Positions 1-9,463 of a stretch of DNA of 64,000 nt are shown one piece after another. This DNA comes from an uncultured Rhizobium sp. (GTDB taxonomy: Bacteria > Pseudomonadota > Alphaproteobacteria > Micropepsales > Micropepsaceae). Position 1 is the stretch's first letter; each line of letters starts with the position of its first letter. The notes beneath the pieces are model-generated. The model was not told the DNA's origin. It did not search any database and saw only the letters and a program-made list of their open reading frames with translations. Both the position numbers and the translations under genes were made by a program. The stretch lies in the NCBI GenBank assembly GCA_964343955.1, contig CAYFKU010000006.1, positions 6,016-70,015 on the forward strand. Reading direction: 5' to 3'.

Positions 1-1
1 C

Positions 2-445
2 GTGCCGGTGCAGGTCCGCGAAGGCGATTATGTGCGGATCGGCGACGGCCGCTGGCTGCATCAACGTCACCTGACGCCCTTGGCCGGCAGGGATTTCGTG
101 GCGGTGGCGGAACGTTTTGTGGGCGTGCCTTATGTGTGGGGCGGTAAGACCGCGTCCGGTCTGGATTGTTCCGGCCTGATCCAGACGGCGCTGCAGGCCG
201 TGGGCAAGGCCGCGCCGCGCGATACCGACATGATGGAAAAGGCGCTTGGGGAACCGGTGGCCCTGTCACAGATCCGGCGCTGCGATCTGATCTTCTGGAA
301 GGGCCATATGGGCGTGATGCTGGATGAAAGCCGCCTGTTGCACGCCAACGCCTTTCACATGGCCGTCGCGGTCGAGCCGCTGAGCGACGCCCTCGCCCGT
401 ATCGAACAGGCGGGCTATCCGGTCACCAGCATCAAGCGGATTTGA
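2..445 (+). CDS. NlpC/P60 family cell-wall peptidase (5' end lies outside the window)
   Basis: PYVWGG...DCSGL catalytic Cys motif, followed by H (KGHMG) and H (LLHA); the ORF is open at the left edge. Confidence 0.9.
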   Translation: MPVQVREGDYVRIGDGRWLHQRHLTPLAGRDFVAVAERFVGVPYVWGGKTASGLDCSGLIQTALQAVGKAAPRDTDMMEKALGEPVALSQIRRCDLIFWKGHMGVMLDESRLLHANAFHMAVAVEPLSDALARIEQAGYPVTSIKRI

Positions 446-460
446 ATTTGCCTGGGCGGT

Positions 461-1414
461 TCAATAGCCGCGGCTGAGGTCCACGACATTCCTGAACGGC
501 GCGCCGCTTTCGGCGCGCGTGACGCAATCCACCACAAAGGCCGATGCATTGCGCGGATCGGTGATGCCGGCGATATGCGGCGTGACCGTCACCTTGGGAT
601 GGCTCCAGAGCGGATGATCGGCGGGCAGCGGCTCGGTCTGGAACACGTCCAGCACGGCACCCGCCAGATGGCCCGAATCCAGGGCAGCCAGAAGATCGTC
701 TTCCCGGCAATGGCCGCCGCGTCCCACATTCATCACCCAGGCCCCCTGGAGCAGCCCGGCGAAGAGTTTCGCATCCAGGATATTTTCGGTCTCGGGTGTC
801 AAAGGCAGCATGCAGACCATGATATCGCAGCTTGCCAGAAAGGCGGGCAGCTCCTGGCTCCCGGCGAAGCTGATTACGCCCGGCACCGACTTGCGGCTGC
901 GGCTCCAGCCGAAAACCCGAAAGTCGAACATCTGAAGGCGCTCTGCTGTCACCGCGCCGATATCGCCCATGCCCAGTATGCCGATTCGCAAGTCGCGGCT
1001 GGGCCGGGCCAGCATGCGCTGTTTCCACACATGCTCTTTTTGGGCGGCATCGAAGGCGCGCTGCTGCCGGTGGATGATCAGCGCATGCATGGTCACATAC
1101 TGGGCCATTTCCCGCTGCAAGGTTTCATCCACGAAACGCACCACCGGCAGGTGGCGGGGAAATTCCGGATCGCGCAGGAAGCCATCGACGCCGGCTCCCA
1201 GGCTGAAAATAGCTTTCAGCCGCGGCAGGCTTTTCAGAAAGCCATGCGGGGGGCGGAATCCGACGAAATAGTCGATCTGCTGCGGCGCATAGTGATCGGC
1301 GCCGTGCAGGAAGCTGTTGAAGGCCTCATGGCCGAACAGCGCCTTGCTTAACGCGTCCCAACCCGGCGGGAGCAGGAATAGGACGTTTGGCTTTCTGACG
1401 CTGCGATCGGCCAA
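461..1414 (-). CDS. ghrA: Glyoxylate/hydroxypyruvate reductase A (D-2-hydroxyacid dehydrogenase)
   Basis: SLGAGVD, GILGMGDIG (GxGxxG), NVGRG, AVLDVF..EPLP, TPHIAG motifs. Confidence 0.85.
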   Translation of the reverse strand: MADRSVRKPNVLFLLPPGWDALSKALFGHEAFNSFLHGADHYAPQQIDYFVGFRPPHGFLKSLPRLKAIFSLGAGVDGFLRDPEFPRHLPVVRFVDETLQREMAQYVTMHALIIHRQQRAFDAAQKEHVWKQRMLARPSRDLRIGILGMGDIGAVTAERLQMFDFRVFGWSRSRKSVPGVISFAGSQELPAFLASCDIMVCMLPLTPETENILDAKLFAGLLQGAWVMNVGRGGHCREDDLLAALDSGHLAGAVLDVFQTEPLPADHPLWSHPKVTVTPHIAGITDPRNASAFVVDCVTRAESGAPFRNVVDLSRGY

Positions 1415-1420
1415 TGATCG

Positions 1421-2128
1421 TCAGTGCGCCGGCTCGGCAGCCTTGGCAGGGGCGGCTTCCTTCGCCGGGGCCGCAGCCGGAGCAGCGGCGGCAGCCGCAT
1501 CCTTGGCCTCGGCAGCGGGCGCACCGGCAGCGGCAGGCGCAGCGGCAGCAGCATCGGCGGCGGGCGCGGCGGCGGCAGCCGGCTTGGGCGCCGGGATGGC
1601 GGCCGGGCTGTCGGCGGCGGTGCGCAGGAAGGCGATCAGGTCGATGCGGTCCTTGGTGCGCGAGATGCCAGCAAAGCTCATCTTGGTGCCGGGGATATAG
1701 GCCTGGGGCGACTTGAGGAACTTGAAGAGTTCGTCATAGGTCCAGTTGCCGCCCTTGGCCTTGATCGCGCCGGAATAGGCAAAACCCGCCACCGAGGCGC
1801 GTGGGCGATCGACAACGCTCCACAGCGCCGGACCGATCTTGTTGGTCTTGGCGGAGGAAAGATCGTGGCAGGCCTCGCACTTGGACGAGGTCGCCTTGCC
1901 GCCCGCCACATCGGCGCTGGCCAGCACGGTGCCCCAATCCGGCAGGGCTTCCTCAGCCGGGGCCGCCGCAGCCGGTCCGGCCTTTTCGACCACGCCTTCC
2001 ACCACATAGCCGGGCTTTTCCGGCGTTTCGGGCTCATAGACATGCTCGGCCACCACGCGGACCACGAAGATGAAGATCGCTGTGCCCAAGACCCCGCCGA
2101 TGATCTTGTTCCACTCGAAGGAATCCAT
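1421..2128 (-). CDS. Membrane-anchored class I cytochrome c (CycM-like) with an Ala/Pro-rich C-terminal tail
   Basis: N-terminal MDSFEWNKI plus TM helix, heme motif [20 protein letters not shown] (Met ligand). Confidence 0.9.
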   Translation of the reverse strand: MDSFEWNKIIGGVLGTAIFIFVVRVVAEHVYEPETPEKPGYVVEGVVEKAGPAAAAPAEEALPDWGTVLASADVAGGKATSSKCEACHDLSSAKTNKIGPALWSVVDRPRASVAGFAYSGAIKAKGGNWTYDELFKFLKSPQAYIPGTKMSFAGISRTKDRIDLIAFLRTAADSPAAIPAPKPAAAAAPAADAAAAAPAAAGAPAAEAKDAAAAAAPAAAPAKEAAPAKAAEPAH

Positions 2129-2324
2129 TGCGGCAAGCTCCTCAAAGACGCTGCCTGAACGGCGCGCGACACGGTCGAAAAAACCGGGTGGACCCCGGCG
2201 AAATACGGGGGGACATTACCCGCCGCCGCCCTTCCGTCATTGCGGCGAAGCGTCGCATAAAAGTCAGCTAGTAGCTGGCCTTAGCACCAAAGGCAGCCTA
2301 AAGAGGCGGCCGACAGGCAAGCTC

Positions 2325-3053
2325 ATGAACCCCATTTTGCTCATACCGGCGCGGATGTCCTCCAGCCGGCTGCCCAACAAGCCCCTGGCCGATATCGCGG
2401 GCCTGCCGATGATCGTGCGGGTCTGGGCCCGGGCGGTGGCGGCCGGCCTTGGGCCGGTTGTGGTGGCGGCCGGCGAGCCGGAAATCGTGGCGGCGGTGCA
2501 AAAGGCGGGTGGCCAGGCCGTGCTGACCGACCCGGACCTGCCCTCCGGCTCGGACCGGATCTGGGCCGCGCTGGGGGCTGTGGATCCCGGCGCCCGCCAT
2601 GATGTGGTGGTCAATCTGCAGGGCGATCTGCCCGCCCTCGACCCCGATCAGGTCCGGCGGGTGGCGATGACCCTGGAAAAATCCGGCGGCGATATCGCCA
2701 CCCTTGCTGCCCCGATCGACAACGAGGCCGATGCGGTCAATCCGGCCGTCGTGAAGGCCGTGGTCGCCTGGGACGCAGGAGAGCGGATGGGCCGGGCGCT
2801 GTATTTCACCCGCGCCACCGCCCCCTCGGGGGAAGGCTCGCTCTATCACCATGTCGGTCTCTATGCCTATCGCCGCGATGCGCTGGAGAGTTTCGTTGCC
2901 CTGCCGCCCTCTCCCCTGGAGCAGCGCGAGAAGCTGGAGCAGCTCCGCGCCCTGGAAGCGGGCATGAGCATCTGGGTCGCCCGCGTGGACGAGGCGCCCC
3001 TGTCCGTCGATACTCCCGCCGATCTGGAAAAAGCCCGCAGGATCCTGTCGTGA
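2325..3053 (+). CDS. kdsB: 3-deoxy-manno-octulosonate cytidylyltransferase
   Basis: [44 protein letters not shown]; start moved to ATG 2325. Confidence 0.95.
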   Translation: MNPILLIPARMSSSRLPNKPLADIAGLPMIVRVWARAVAAGLGPVVVAAGEPEIVAAVQKAGGQAVLTDPDLPSGSDRIWAALGAVDPGARHDVVVNLQGDLPALDPDQVRRVAMTLEKSGGDIATLAAPIDNEADAVNPAVVKAVVAWDAGERMGRALYFTRATAPSGEGSLYHHVGLYAYRRDALESFVALPPSPLEQREKLEQLRALEAGMSIWVARVDEAPLSVDTPADLEKARRILS

Positions 3054-3910
3054 CCAATGCCATCCGCAATGCCAGGCGCATCGCCTTTCAGGGCGAGCCG
3101 GGCGCCTATGCCAATCTGGCGGCGCGTGAGGCGGTGCCGCACGCCCAGGCCATTCCGAGGCCGACTTTCGAGGACGCAATCGAGGCGGTTCGGTCGGGCG
3201 ACACCGATCTTGTCATCATTCCGGTCGAAAATTCCCTGATCGGCCGCATCGCCGACATTCACCATCTGCTGCCCGATTCCGGACTTCACATCGTGGCGGA
3301 ACATTTCCTGCCCATCCATCACCAGTTGCTGGGACTGAAGGATGCCAGTCTGGACGACATCACCAGCGTCTATAGCCAGGCGCCCGCGCTTGCCCAGTGC
3401 CGCGCCCTGCTGCGCGAGCGCAAGCTGACCGCGCATCACTGGTACGATACGGCCGGTTCGGCCAAGCATATCGCCGAACTGGGCGACAAAAGCGTCGCGG
3501 CGATCGCGTCCAGCCTGGCGGCGGAATTCTATGGCCTCAAGATATTGAAGGCCGATGTGGAAGACGAACATCACAATGCCACCCGCTTCCTGGTGATGTC
3601 GCGGCAGGATGAGCGCGCGCCCAACAGCGGCAAGGTGGTCACCACGCTTGTCTTCCAGGTCAGGAATGTGCCGGCCGCGCTCTACAAGGCGCTGGGCGCC
3701 TTTGCCACAAATGGCGTGAACCTGACCAAGCTGGAGAGCTATCAGCTTGGCGGCTCCTTCAACGCCACCCAGTTCTACGCCGATATCCAGGGCCATCCCG
3801 ATGCCCCCAATGTGGCGGCCGCGCTGAAGGAGCTGGAATTCCAGACCGCGCGCATGACCGTGATGGGCGTTTATCCCGCCCATCCCTATCGCGAGGACAT
3901 GCCCGACTAG
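3050..3910 (+). CDS. pheA: Prephenate dehydratase
   Basis: [23 protein letters not shown] domain with NLTKLES; overlaps the kdsB stop. Confidence 0.95.
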   Translation: MTNAIRNARRIAFQGEPGAYANLAAREAVPHAQAIPRPTFEDAIEAVRSGDTDLVIIPVENSLIGRIADIHHLLPDSGLHIVAEHFLPIHHQLLGLKDASLDDITSVYSQAPALAQCRALLRERKLTAHHWYDTAGSAKHIAELGDKSVAAIASSLAAEFYGLKILKADVEDEHHNATRFLVMSRQDERAPNSGKVVTTLVFQVRNVPAALYKALGAFATNGVNLTKLESYQLGGSFNATQFYADIQGHPDAPNVAAALKELEFQTARMTVMGVYPAHPYREDMPD

Positions 3911-3920
3911 GCGGGCTCAA

Positions 3921-3949
3921 TTGTCCGCAAGGGTGCCGAATGCTACGGT
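3921..3949 (+). promoter_or_regulatory. Putative sigma70 promoter for a leaderless small ORF
   Basis: TTGTCC-N17-TACGGT with extended TG; 6 nt then ATG at 3956. Confidence 0.5.
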
Positions 3950-3955
3950 GCGCCC

Positions 3956-4126
3956 ATGAAGAACCCCGACCATCCCAGCACCGCGCGGGTCACCTCGGTC
4001 GAGCCCTGCGGCGACAACAAGGTTTGCATCACCGTGGAACTTGTCGTGGATGTACACCGGCTTGTGGAGGTCAGCAGCCAGCTGCTGTCCGTCGCCGCCA
4101 AAGGGGCCGCGCGAAAGAAGAAGTAG
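3956..4126 (+). CDS. Hypothetical small protein, 56 aa (MKNPDHPSTARVTSVEPCGDNKVCITVELVVDVHRLVEVSSQLLSVAAKGAARKKK)
   Basis: Manual translation (below the ORF-track cutoff); fills the pheA-nudC gap, has GC3-rich codons and an upstream promoter-like motif. Confidence 0.6.
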   Translation: MKNPDHPSTARVTSVEPCGDNKVCITVELVVDVHRLVEVSSQLLSVAAKGAARKKK

Positions 4127-4208
4127 CGCCGTCGCTGGATGTTTGCCCGCTGCCTGCGCCGCGTGATCGCTCACCCAGGTCTTGTCGCGTCGCCAATTGC
4201 ATGCGGGG

Positions 4209-5099
4209 TCAGGTGCCTGTCGCCCAGTCCCTGATGAGATGATGGGCGATGGCAATGGTGACCGGCAGCTTCATTTCATCTTCAATCTCATGCGCCAGCC
4301 GCGCCCGCGCCTCGGCCTTGCTCAGCCAGCGCGCGTCTTCGATTTCGTTGCCGTCGATGCGAAAGTCTTCGCTTTCCGCTTCGGCATAGCAGCCCAGCAT
4401 CAGGGATGCGGGAAAGGGCCAGGGCTGGCTGGCGTGATAGCGGACCGCGCCGGCGCGCAGATTGACCTCTTCCATCAGCTCGCGGCGCACCGCTTCCTCC
4501 ATGCTTTCACCGGACTCCACGAAACCGGCAAAGGCGGAATAAAGGCCGGGCGGAAAGCGCTGGTTGCGACCGATCAGGCAGCGGTCTCCCAGCAGCGGCA
4601 GCATGATGACCACCGGATCGGTACGCGGAAAATGCTCCGCCTGGCAGGCGGGGCACAGGCGCCGGTAGCCGGCGTCCCGCAGGTCCGTGGCATGGCCGCA
4701 ATTGGGGCAGAAGCCGTGGCGGCGGTGCCAGTCGAGCAGCGCCTTGGCCTGGCCGGCGATGGCGGTATCGCGGGCCGGCAAGGTGAAGGCGGCCGCGCGC
4801 ATCTCGGCGAACGCGCCTTGCCCCAATTGGGGCTCGATTTCACCGGGCAGGTCCAGGGCGAACAGCGGCCGCCCGTTGTCCAGGCCCAAGAACACGCAGA
4901 GATGGCTTTCCCATTCCGCGCGTCCCGGCAGGAAATGGGCCCGGTCGCCGTGCACCAGGGGCCGGTTCTGCCAGAAGGGCAGGAACAGCCCCTCCGCCCT
5001 GCGGGCCGCCAGCCAGGCGGCGTCGCTGCGATGATAACTGGCGCGGTCCAGCGCATTGCCGGTGAAGGTGAGGGTCATGGAACCGGAAGATTGGGACAT
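4209..5099 (-). CDS. nudC: NAD(+) diphosphatase / NADH pyrophosphatase NudC
   Basis: Zn ribbon CPNCG...CPAC, FPRTDP, Nudix box GFVESGESMEEAVRRELMEE, SQPWPFP signature; start could be 5078. Confidence 0.93.
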   Translation of the reverse strand: MSQSSGSMTLTFTGNALDRASYHRSDAAWLAARRAEGLFLPFWQNRPLVHGDRAHFLPGRAEWESHLCVFLGLDNGRPLFALDLPGEIEPQLGQGAFAEMRAAAFTLPARDTAIAGQAKALLDWHRRHGFCPNCGHATDLRDAGYRRLCPACQAEHFPRTDPVVIMLPLLGDRCLIGRNQRFPPGLYSAFAGFVESGESMEEAVRRELMEEVNLRAGAVRYHASQPWPFPASLMLGCYAEAESEDFRIDGNEIEDARWLSKAEARARLAHEIEDEMKLPVTIAIAHHLIRDWATGT

Positions 5100-5233
5100 T
5101 GCTGGGGGCGGGAAAGCCAGGGCATGGGTATTTCAGTACAGTTTTTCCTGTCCGGATACAGGTCCCCCAAGGCCCGGGTCCCGGCGGCATCCGCGACTCG
5201 CAATTTTCCGCCGGAATGCCTATATCCCCGGCC

Positions 5234-5320
5234 GGAAGTCGGCGGGCGCAGCACTCGCTAACCTGGTCAGGACCGGAAGGTAGCAGCCATACCGAATCTG
5301 CTGCGGGTCGCCGGCTTCCA
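5234..5320 (+). ncRNA. ffs: Signal recognition particle RNA (4.5S)
   Basis: Conserved helix-8 core GGTCAGGACCGGAAGGTAGCAGCC; closing stem GGAAGTCGGCG/CGCCGGCTTCC; lies upstream of dnaX. Confidence 0.93.
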
Positions 5321-5382
5321 CTTTCCCCAGAATTTCGCCAAAACGCGCCCCCTTCGGCGGGCCTGCTTGCTATAGTCCGTTC

Positions 5383-7062
5383 ATGGCCTCACCCCAGCCC
5401 TATCGCGTCCTGGCGCGCAAATACCGCCCAACCGATTTCACCGGCCTGATCGGGCAGGAGGCGCTGGTGCGCACCCTGTCCAATGCCTTCGCCACGGGCC
5501 GCATCGCCCATGCCTTCATGCTCACCGGCGTGCGCGGCGTGGGCAAGACCACCACCGCCCGCATCATCGCCCGCGCCCTGAACTGCATCGGACCGGACGG
5601 CAAGGGAACCGAGCCGACCATCCATCCCTGCGGCCGCTGCGAGCCGTGCGTTTCCATTTCCGAATCCCGCAATGTCGATGTGCAGGAGATGGACGCCGCC
5701 AGCCGCACCGGCATCGACGATGTGCGCGAAATCATCGAAGGCGTGCGCTATGCGCCCGTCGCGGCGCGCTACAAGGTCTATATCATCGACGAAGTGCATA
5801 TGCTCTCCAAGCAGGCCTTCAACGGCCTGCTCAAGACGCTGGAAGAGCCGCCGCCGCATGTGAAATTCGTTTTCGCCACCACGGAAATCCGGAAAGTCCC
5901 GGTGACGGTCCTGTCGCGCTGCCAGCGCTTCGACCTGCGCCGCATCGACAGTGCCGAACTGGCGACCTATCTGGCGACCTTGGCGGAAAAGGAACAGGTG
6001 AAGATCGAGGAGGGGGCGCTGGCCCTGATCGCCCGCGCGGCCGAAGGCTCGGCCCGGGACTCGCTCTCCCTGCTGGATCAGGCGATCGCCCATGGTGAGG
6101 GCGAGATGATCACCGCCGAAACGGTGCGCCGGATGCTGGGCCTGGCCGACCGCGGCCGGGTGCTGGATATTTTCGAAAAGCTGATGGGCGGCGATATCGC
6201 CGGCGCGCTGGCCGATGTGCAGGCGCTTTACGACGCCGGCGCCGATCCGCTGGCGGTGATGCAGGACCTGCTGGACACCACCCATTTCCTGACGCGGGTC
6301 AAGGTCGCCCCCGCCGCGCAGGGTTTTTTTGACGGCGGTTCCGGCGAGGCGAAACGCGCGGCCGAGCTGGCCGGCAAGCTTTCGGTGCCGTCTTTGACTC
6401 GCGCCTGGCAGATCCTGCTCAAGGGCCTGTTCGAAGTGCGTGATGCGACGCGGCCGATCTCCGCCTGCGAGATGGCGCTGATCCGTCTGTCCTATGCCGC
6501 CGATCTGCCGCCCACCGACAAGCTGGTGAAAGACCTGCTGGATGGCGGCGCGGTCCCTGCGCCCCGCGGCGGCGCACCGGCGCCGTCCGGTGGCGGCCGC
6601 GGCCCTGTCGCCAGCGGCGCCGCCATGCCGGCCCGCGCCCCGCTCCCGGAAGGCGCGCCCACCGCCAGCATCCGCACCCTTGAGGATGTCGTGGCCTTGT
6701 GCGAGCCGCGTTCCGAATTGCGGGTGAACCTCGAACACAATGTCCATCTGGTGCGGCTGGAGCCTAACCTGATCGAGATCCGCCCGACCTCGCGCGCCCC
6801 GCGTACCCTGGCCAGCGACCTTCAGACCAAGCTGCGCGCCGCCACCGGCAATCCCTGGATGGTGTCCATCGCCTCCTCCGGCGGCGCCCCGACCCTGGCC
6901 GAGCAGAAGCAGATCGCCAAGGTGGCGCGCTTCGAAGCCGTGGCGCAGGAACCGCTGGTGCGCGCCGTGCTTGACCGCTTTCCGGGCGCCGAGATTGTTG
7001 CGGTGCGCGATGTCGTATCGGAAGACATCGCGCCCGCGATGCCGGACAAAGACGAAGAATGA
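5383..7062 (+). CDS. dnaX: DNA polymerase III subunit gamma/tau
   Basis: LARKYRP, Walker A GVRGVGKTT, Zn CGRCEPC, DEVHML, SRC motif. Confidence 0.97.
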   Translation: MASPQPYRVLARKYRPTDFTGLIGQEALVRTLSNAFATGRIAHAFMLTGVRGVGKTTTARIIARALNCIGPDGKGTEPTIHPCGRCEPCVSISESRNVDVQEMDAASRTGIDDVREIIEGVRYAPVAARYKVYIIDEVHMLSKQAFNGLLKTLEEPPPHVKFVFATTEIRKVPVTVLSRCQRFDLRRIDSAELATYLATLAEKEQVKIEEGALALIARAAEGSARDSLSLLDQAIAHGEGEMITAETVRRMLGLADRGRVLDIFEKLMGGDIAGALADVQALYDAGADPLAVMQDLLDTTHFLTRVKVAPAAQGFFDGGSGEAKRAAELAGKLSVPSLTRAWQILLKGLFEVRDATRPISACEMALIRLSYAADLPPTDKLVKDLLDGGAVPAPRGGAPAPSGGGRGPVASGAAMPARAPLPEGAPTASIRTLEDVVALCEPRSELRVNLEHNVHLVRLEPNLIEIRPTSRAPRTLASDLQTKLRAATGNPWMVSIASSGGAPTLAEQKQIAKVARFEAVAQEPLVRAVLDRFPGAEIVAVRDVVSEDIAPAMPDKDEE

Positions 7063-7104
7063 ACCATATTCCTGTTTCCGGCGCAGGCTCGTGCGCCATC
7101 TGGG

Positions 7105-7140
7105 ATGGCCGGCTCGCGCTGACGCTGGCCGGCCATGACA
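7105..7140. repeat. REP-like palindrome
   Basis: ATGGCCGGC-N14-GCCGGCCAT(GACA) inverted repeat in the dnaX-recR spacer. Confidence 0.55.
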
Positions 7141-7151
7141 GGATTTAGGGC

Positions 7152-7742
7152 ATGGCTGTACTCGGTTCCGAGATCGAGCGGCTGATCCAGCTTCTCGCCA
7201 AACTGCCGGGGCTCGGGCCGCGCTCGGCGCGCCGCGCGGCGCTGGCGCTGCTCAAGAAACGCGACACCTTGCTGGAGCCGCTGGCCGACAGTCTGCGCGA
7301 AGCCGCCGACGCCATCCTGACCTGCGAGACCTGCGGCAATCTCGATACCCAGAGCCCTTGCGCCATCTGCGCCGATCCGCGCCGCGACCCGCATGTGCTG
7401 TGCGTGGTGGAAGATGTGGCGGACCTTTGGGCGCTGGAACGGGCCGGTGTGTTCCGCGGCCGCTATCATGTGCTGGGCGGGGCACTGTCGGCGCTGGATG
7501 GCGTGACGCCGGAGCGGCTGAATGTCGGCGGCTTGCTGGAGCGCGTGAAGCAACAGGTGGACGAAGTGATCCTGGCCATGAACGCCACGGTCGAAGGCCA
7601 GACCACGGCGCATTACCTGATGGACCTGCTGGGCGAGATGAAGGTCACCCGTCTGGCCCATGGCGTGCCGGTGGGCGGCGAGCTGGACTATCTGGACGAA
7701 GGCACGCTGAGCGCGGCCTTCAAGGCGCGGCGCGCGCTTTAA
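7152..7742 (+). CDS. recR: Recombination mediator RecR
   Basis: [11 protein letters not shown] HhH, C4 zinc finger CETC...[29 protein letters not shown]. Confidence 0.97.
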   Translation: MAVLGSEIERLIQLLAKLPGLGPRSARRAALALLKKRDTLLEPLADSLREAADAILTCETCGNLDTQSPCAICADPRRDPHVLCVVEDVADLWALERAGVFRGRYHVLGGALSALDGVTPERLNVGGLLERVKQQVDEVILAMNATVEGQTTAHYLMDLLGEMKVTRLAHGVPVGGELDYLDEGTLSAAFKARRAL

Positions 7743-8803
7743 CTCAGGCTCTTGACCTGTTCGGGCGGGGCCAGTTCCACCTTTTCGATCTTTTCGCCCC
7801 GGGCCGTGATCTTGCCGGTCGAGATCAGGATATTCTTGATGTCGGCATCGGCCTGGTTGAAATGCGTCTGCAGCTTGGTCACCCGGTCGTTCAGCAGCCG
7901 CACATCGTTCAGCAGGGCGCCCACTTCCTTGCGTATCAGGTCGGCCTGTTCGCGCATGCGCGCGTCCTTCATCACCGTCTGGATGGTGTTGATGGCCAGC
8001 ATCAGGATGTTGGGCGACACCACAATGACATTGGTGCGATGGGCCTTCTGGATCACATCGGCAAAGCTGTCATGCAGATCGGCATAAAGCGATTCCGACG
8101 GCACGAACATGATCGCCGGCGTCTGCACTTCGCCGGGGATCAGGTATTTTTCCGCGATGTCGCTGACATGCTTGGAGACGCTGCCGCGCACCAGCGCGAA
8201 GGCGGCTTTCTTTTCCTCATCGGTGCCGGCGCGGCGCAAGGCGTCGAATGCCTCCAGCGGAAATTTGGAATCGATCACCAGCAGGGCCTTGTTGCCGGGA
8301 ATGCGGATGATGCAATCGGGCCGGTTGCGGTTGGAAAGGGTGAACTGGAAGTCGTAGAGCGAGGGCGGCAGGCCGTCGCGCACAATTTCTTCCATCTGGG
8401 CCTGGCCGAAAGCGCCCCGCGCCTGCTTGTTGGAGAGAACCTGCTGCAGGGAAACAACCTGGCCCGACAGGGCCGAGATGTTTTTCTGCGCCTCGTCGAT
8501 CACGGTCAGGCGCTCGCCGATGCCGGCTATGCTGGCGGCCGTCCTGGTGGCGCTGTCGGTCAGGTTTTCGCCCATGCGCTTTTCAAGGGCTTCCAGGCGC
8601 GTCCCAAGGGTGCGGGCCAGGGCCTCCTGTGCCGCCACCGTGGCGGTGAACTGGCCGCCGATCTCGCCCTGCTTGGCCAGCAGCGCATCCAGCCGGGGGT
8701 CGGGCGCCGGCGGTTCCATGGGCGCCTTGCGCCGCAAGGTGAAGGCCAGAATTACCGCGGCCAGCACCACCGCAAAGGCCAGCATCATCAACGCTAATTC
8801 CAT
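7739..8803 (-). CDS. rmuC: DNA recombination protein RmuC
   Basis: N-terminal TM, coiled coil, [33 protein letters not shown]. Confidence 0.92.
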   Translation of the reverse strand: MELALMMLAFAVVLAAVILAFTLRRKAPMEPPAPDPRLDALLAKQGEIGGQFTATVAAQEALARTLGTRLEALEKRMGENLTDSATRTAASIAGIGERLTVIDEAQKNISALSGQVVSLQQVLSNKQARGAFGQAQMEEIVRDGLPPSLYDFQFTLSNRNRPDCIIRIPGNKALLVIDSKFPLEAFDALRRAGTDEEKKAAFALVRGSVSKHVSDIAEKYLIPGEVQTPAIMFVPSESLYADLHDSFADVIQKAHRTNVIVVSPNILMLAINTIQTVMKDARMREQADLIRKEVGALLNDVRLLNDRVTKLQTHFNQADADIKNILISTGKITARGEKIEKVELAPPEQVKSLS

Positions 8804-8832
8804 GAATCCCTGACCCTAACCGGGCTGAAAGC

Positions 8833-8861
8833 TTGACCGCCTGCGGCGGTGCGCCTATCTC
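8833..8861 (+). promoter_or_regulatory. Putative sigma70 promoter of def (leaderless)
   Basis: TTGACC-N17-TATCTC then 6 nt to ATG 8868. Confidence 0.55.
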
Positions 8862-8867
8862 CAGCCC

Positions 8868-9383
8868 ATGACCATCCGCCCCATTGTAACCGCCCCCGAT
8901 CCACGGCTCCAAGCCGTCTCCACCGATGTCGAGGCCGTGGATGCGGAAATCCGGACCCTGGTCGATGACATGGCCGACAGCATGTATGCCGCCGAAGGCA
9001 TCGGGCTTGCGGCGGTGCAGATCGGCGTGCCCAAGCGGGTGATCGTGATCGATCTGGACCAGAAAAAGGGCGAAAAGAACCCGATCGCTTATATCAATCC
9101 CCGGATCGTCTGGTCCTCGGACGAGATGGCGGTGTTCGAGGAAGGCTGTCTGTCAGTTCCCGAAATATGGGACGATGTCGAACGCCCGGCCCGCATCACA
9201 TGCAAATATCTGGATCGCGACGGCAAGAAGCAGATACTGGAAGCCGATGGTCTGCTGGCGACCTGCCTCCAGCACGAGATGGATCACCTGAACGGGGTGC
9301 TGTTCATCGATCACCTGTCGCGGCTGAAACGCAGCATGGCGATCAAGAAGCTCACCAAGGCCAAGAAGCTTCAGACGGCGTAA
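8868..9383 (+). CDS. def: Peptide deformylase
   Basis: [22 protein letters not shown]. Confidence 0.98.
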   Translation: MTIRPIVTAPDPRLQAVSTDVEAVDAEIRTLVDDMADSMYAAEGIGLAAVQIGVPKRVIVIDLDQKKGEKNPIAYINPRIVWSSDEMAVFEEGCLSVPEIWDDVERPARITCKYLDRDGKKQILEADGLLATCLQHEMDHLNGVLFIDHLSRLKRSMAIKKLTKAKKLQTA

Positions 9384-9403
9384 GCGATGACGTTGCGGCT
9401 CGC

Positions 9404-9451
9404 AAATGCTCGCCCCACGGCCGTACGCTGTCGCTACGGCCTTGCCGAGCA
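9404..9451. repeat. Intergenic interrupted hairpin / palindromic element between def and fmt
   Basis: TGCTCG...GGCCGTA-cgctgtcgc-TACGGCC...CGAGCA nested inverted repeats. Confidence 0.45.
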
Positions 9452-9463
9452 GGGAGCTTATTG

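Noticed and set aside
1424-1615. GC-rich short repeats as a possible CRISPR or tandem DNA repeat
   Set aside because: They encode the Ala/Pro tail of cytochrome c; no constant repeat-spacer period and no cas genes
3917-4255. Track ORFs 3917-4255 (-) and 3940-4242 (+)
   Set aside because: No motifs and they overlap nudC; the 3956-4126 frame has better codon usage and promoter support
6319-6333. T7 run in dnaX (G GGT TTT TTT GAC); a -1 slip meets TGA at once, resembling gamma-subunit recoding
   Set aside because: The product would end near codon 316, inside domain III, too short for a functional gamma; no convincing stimulatory element; kept only as a curiosity
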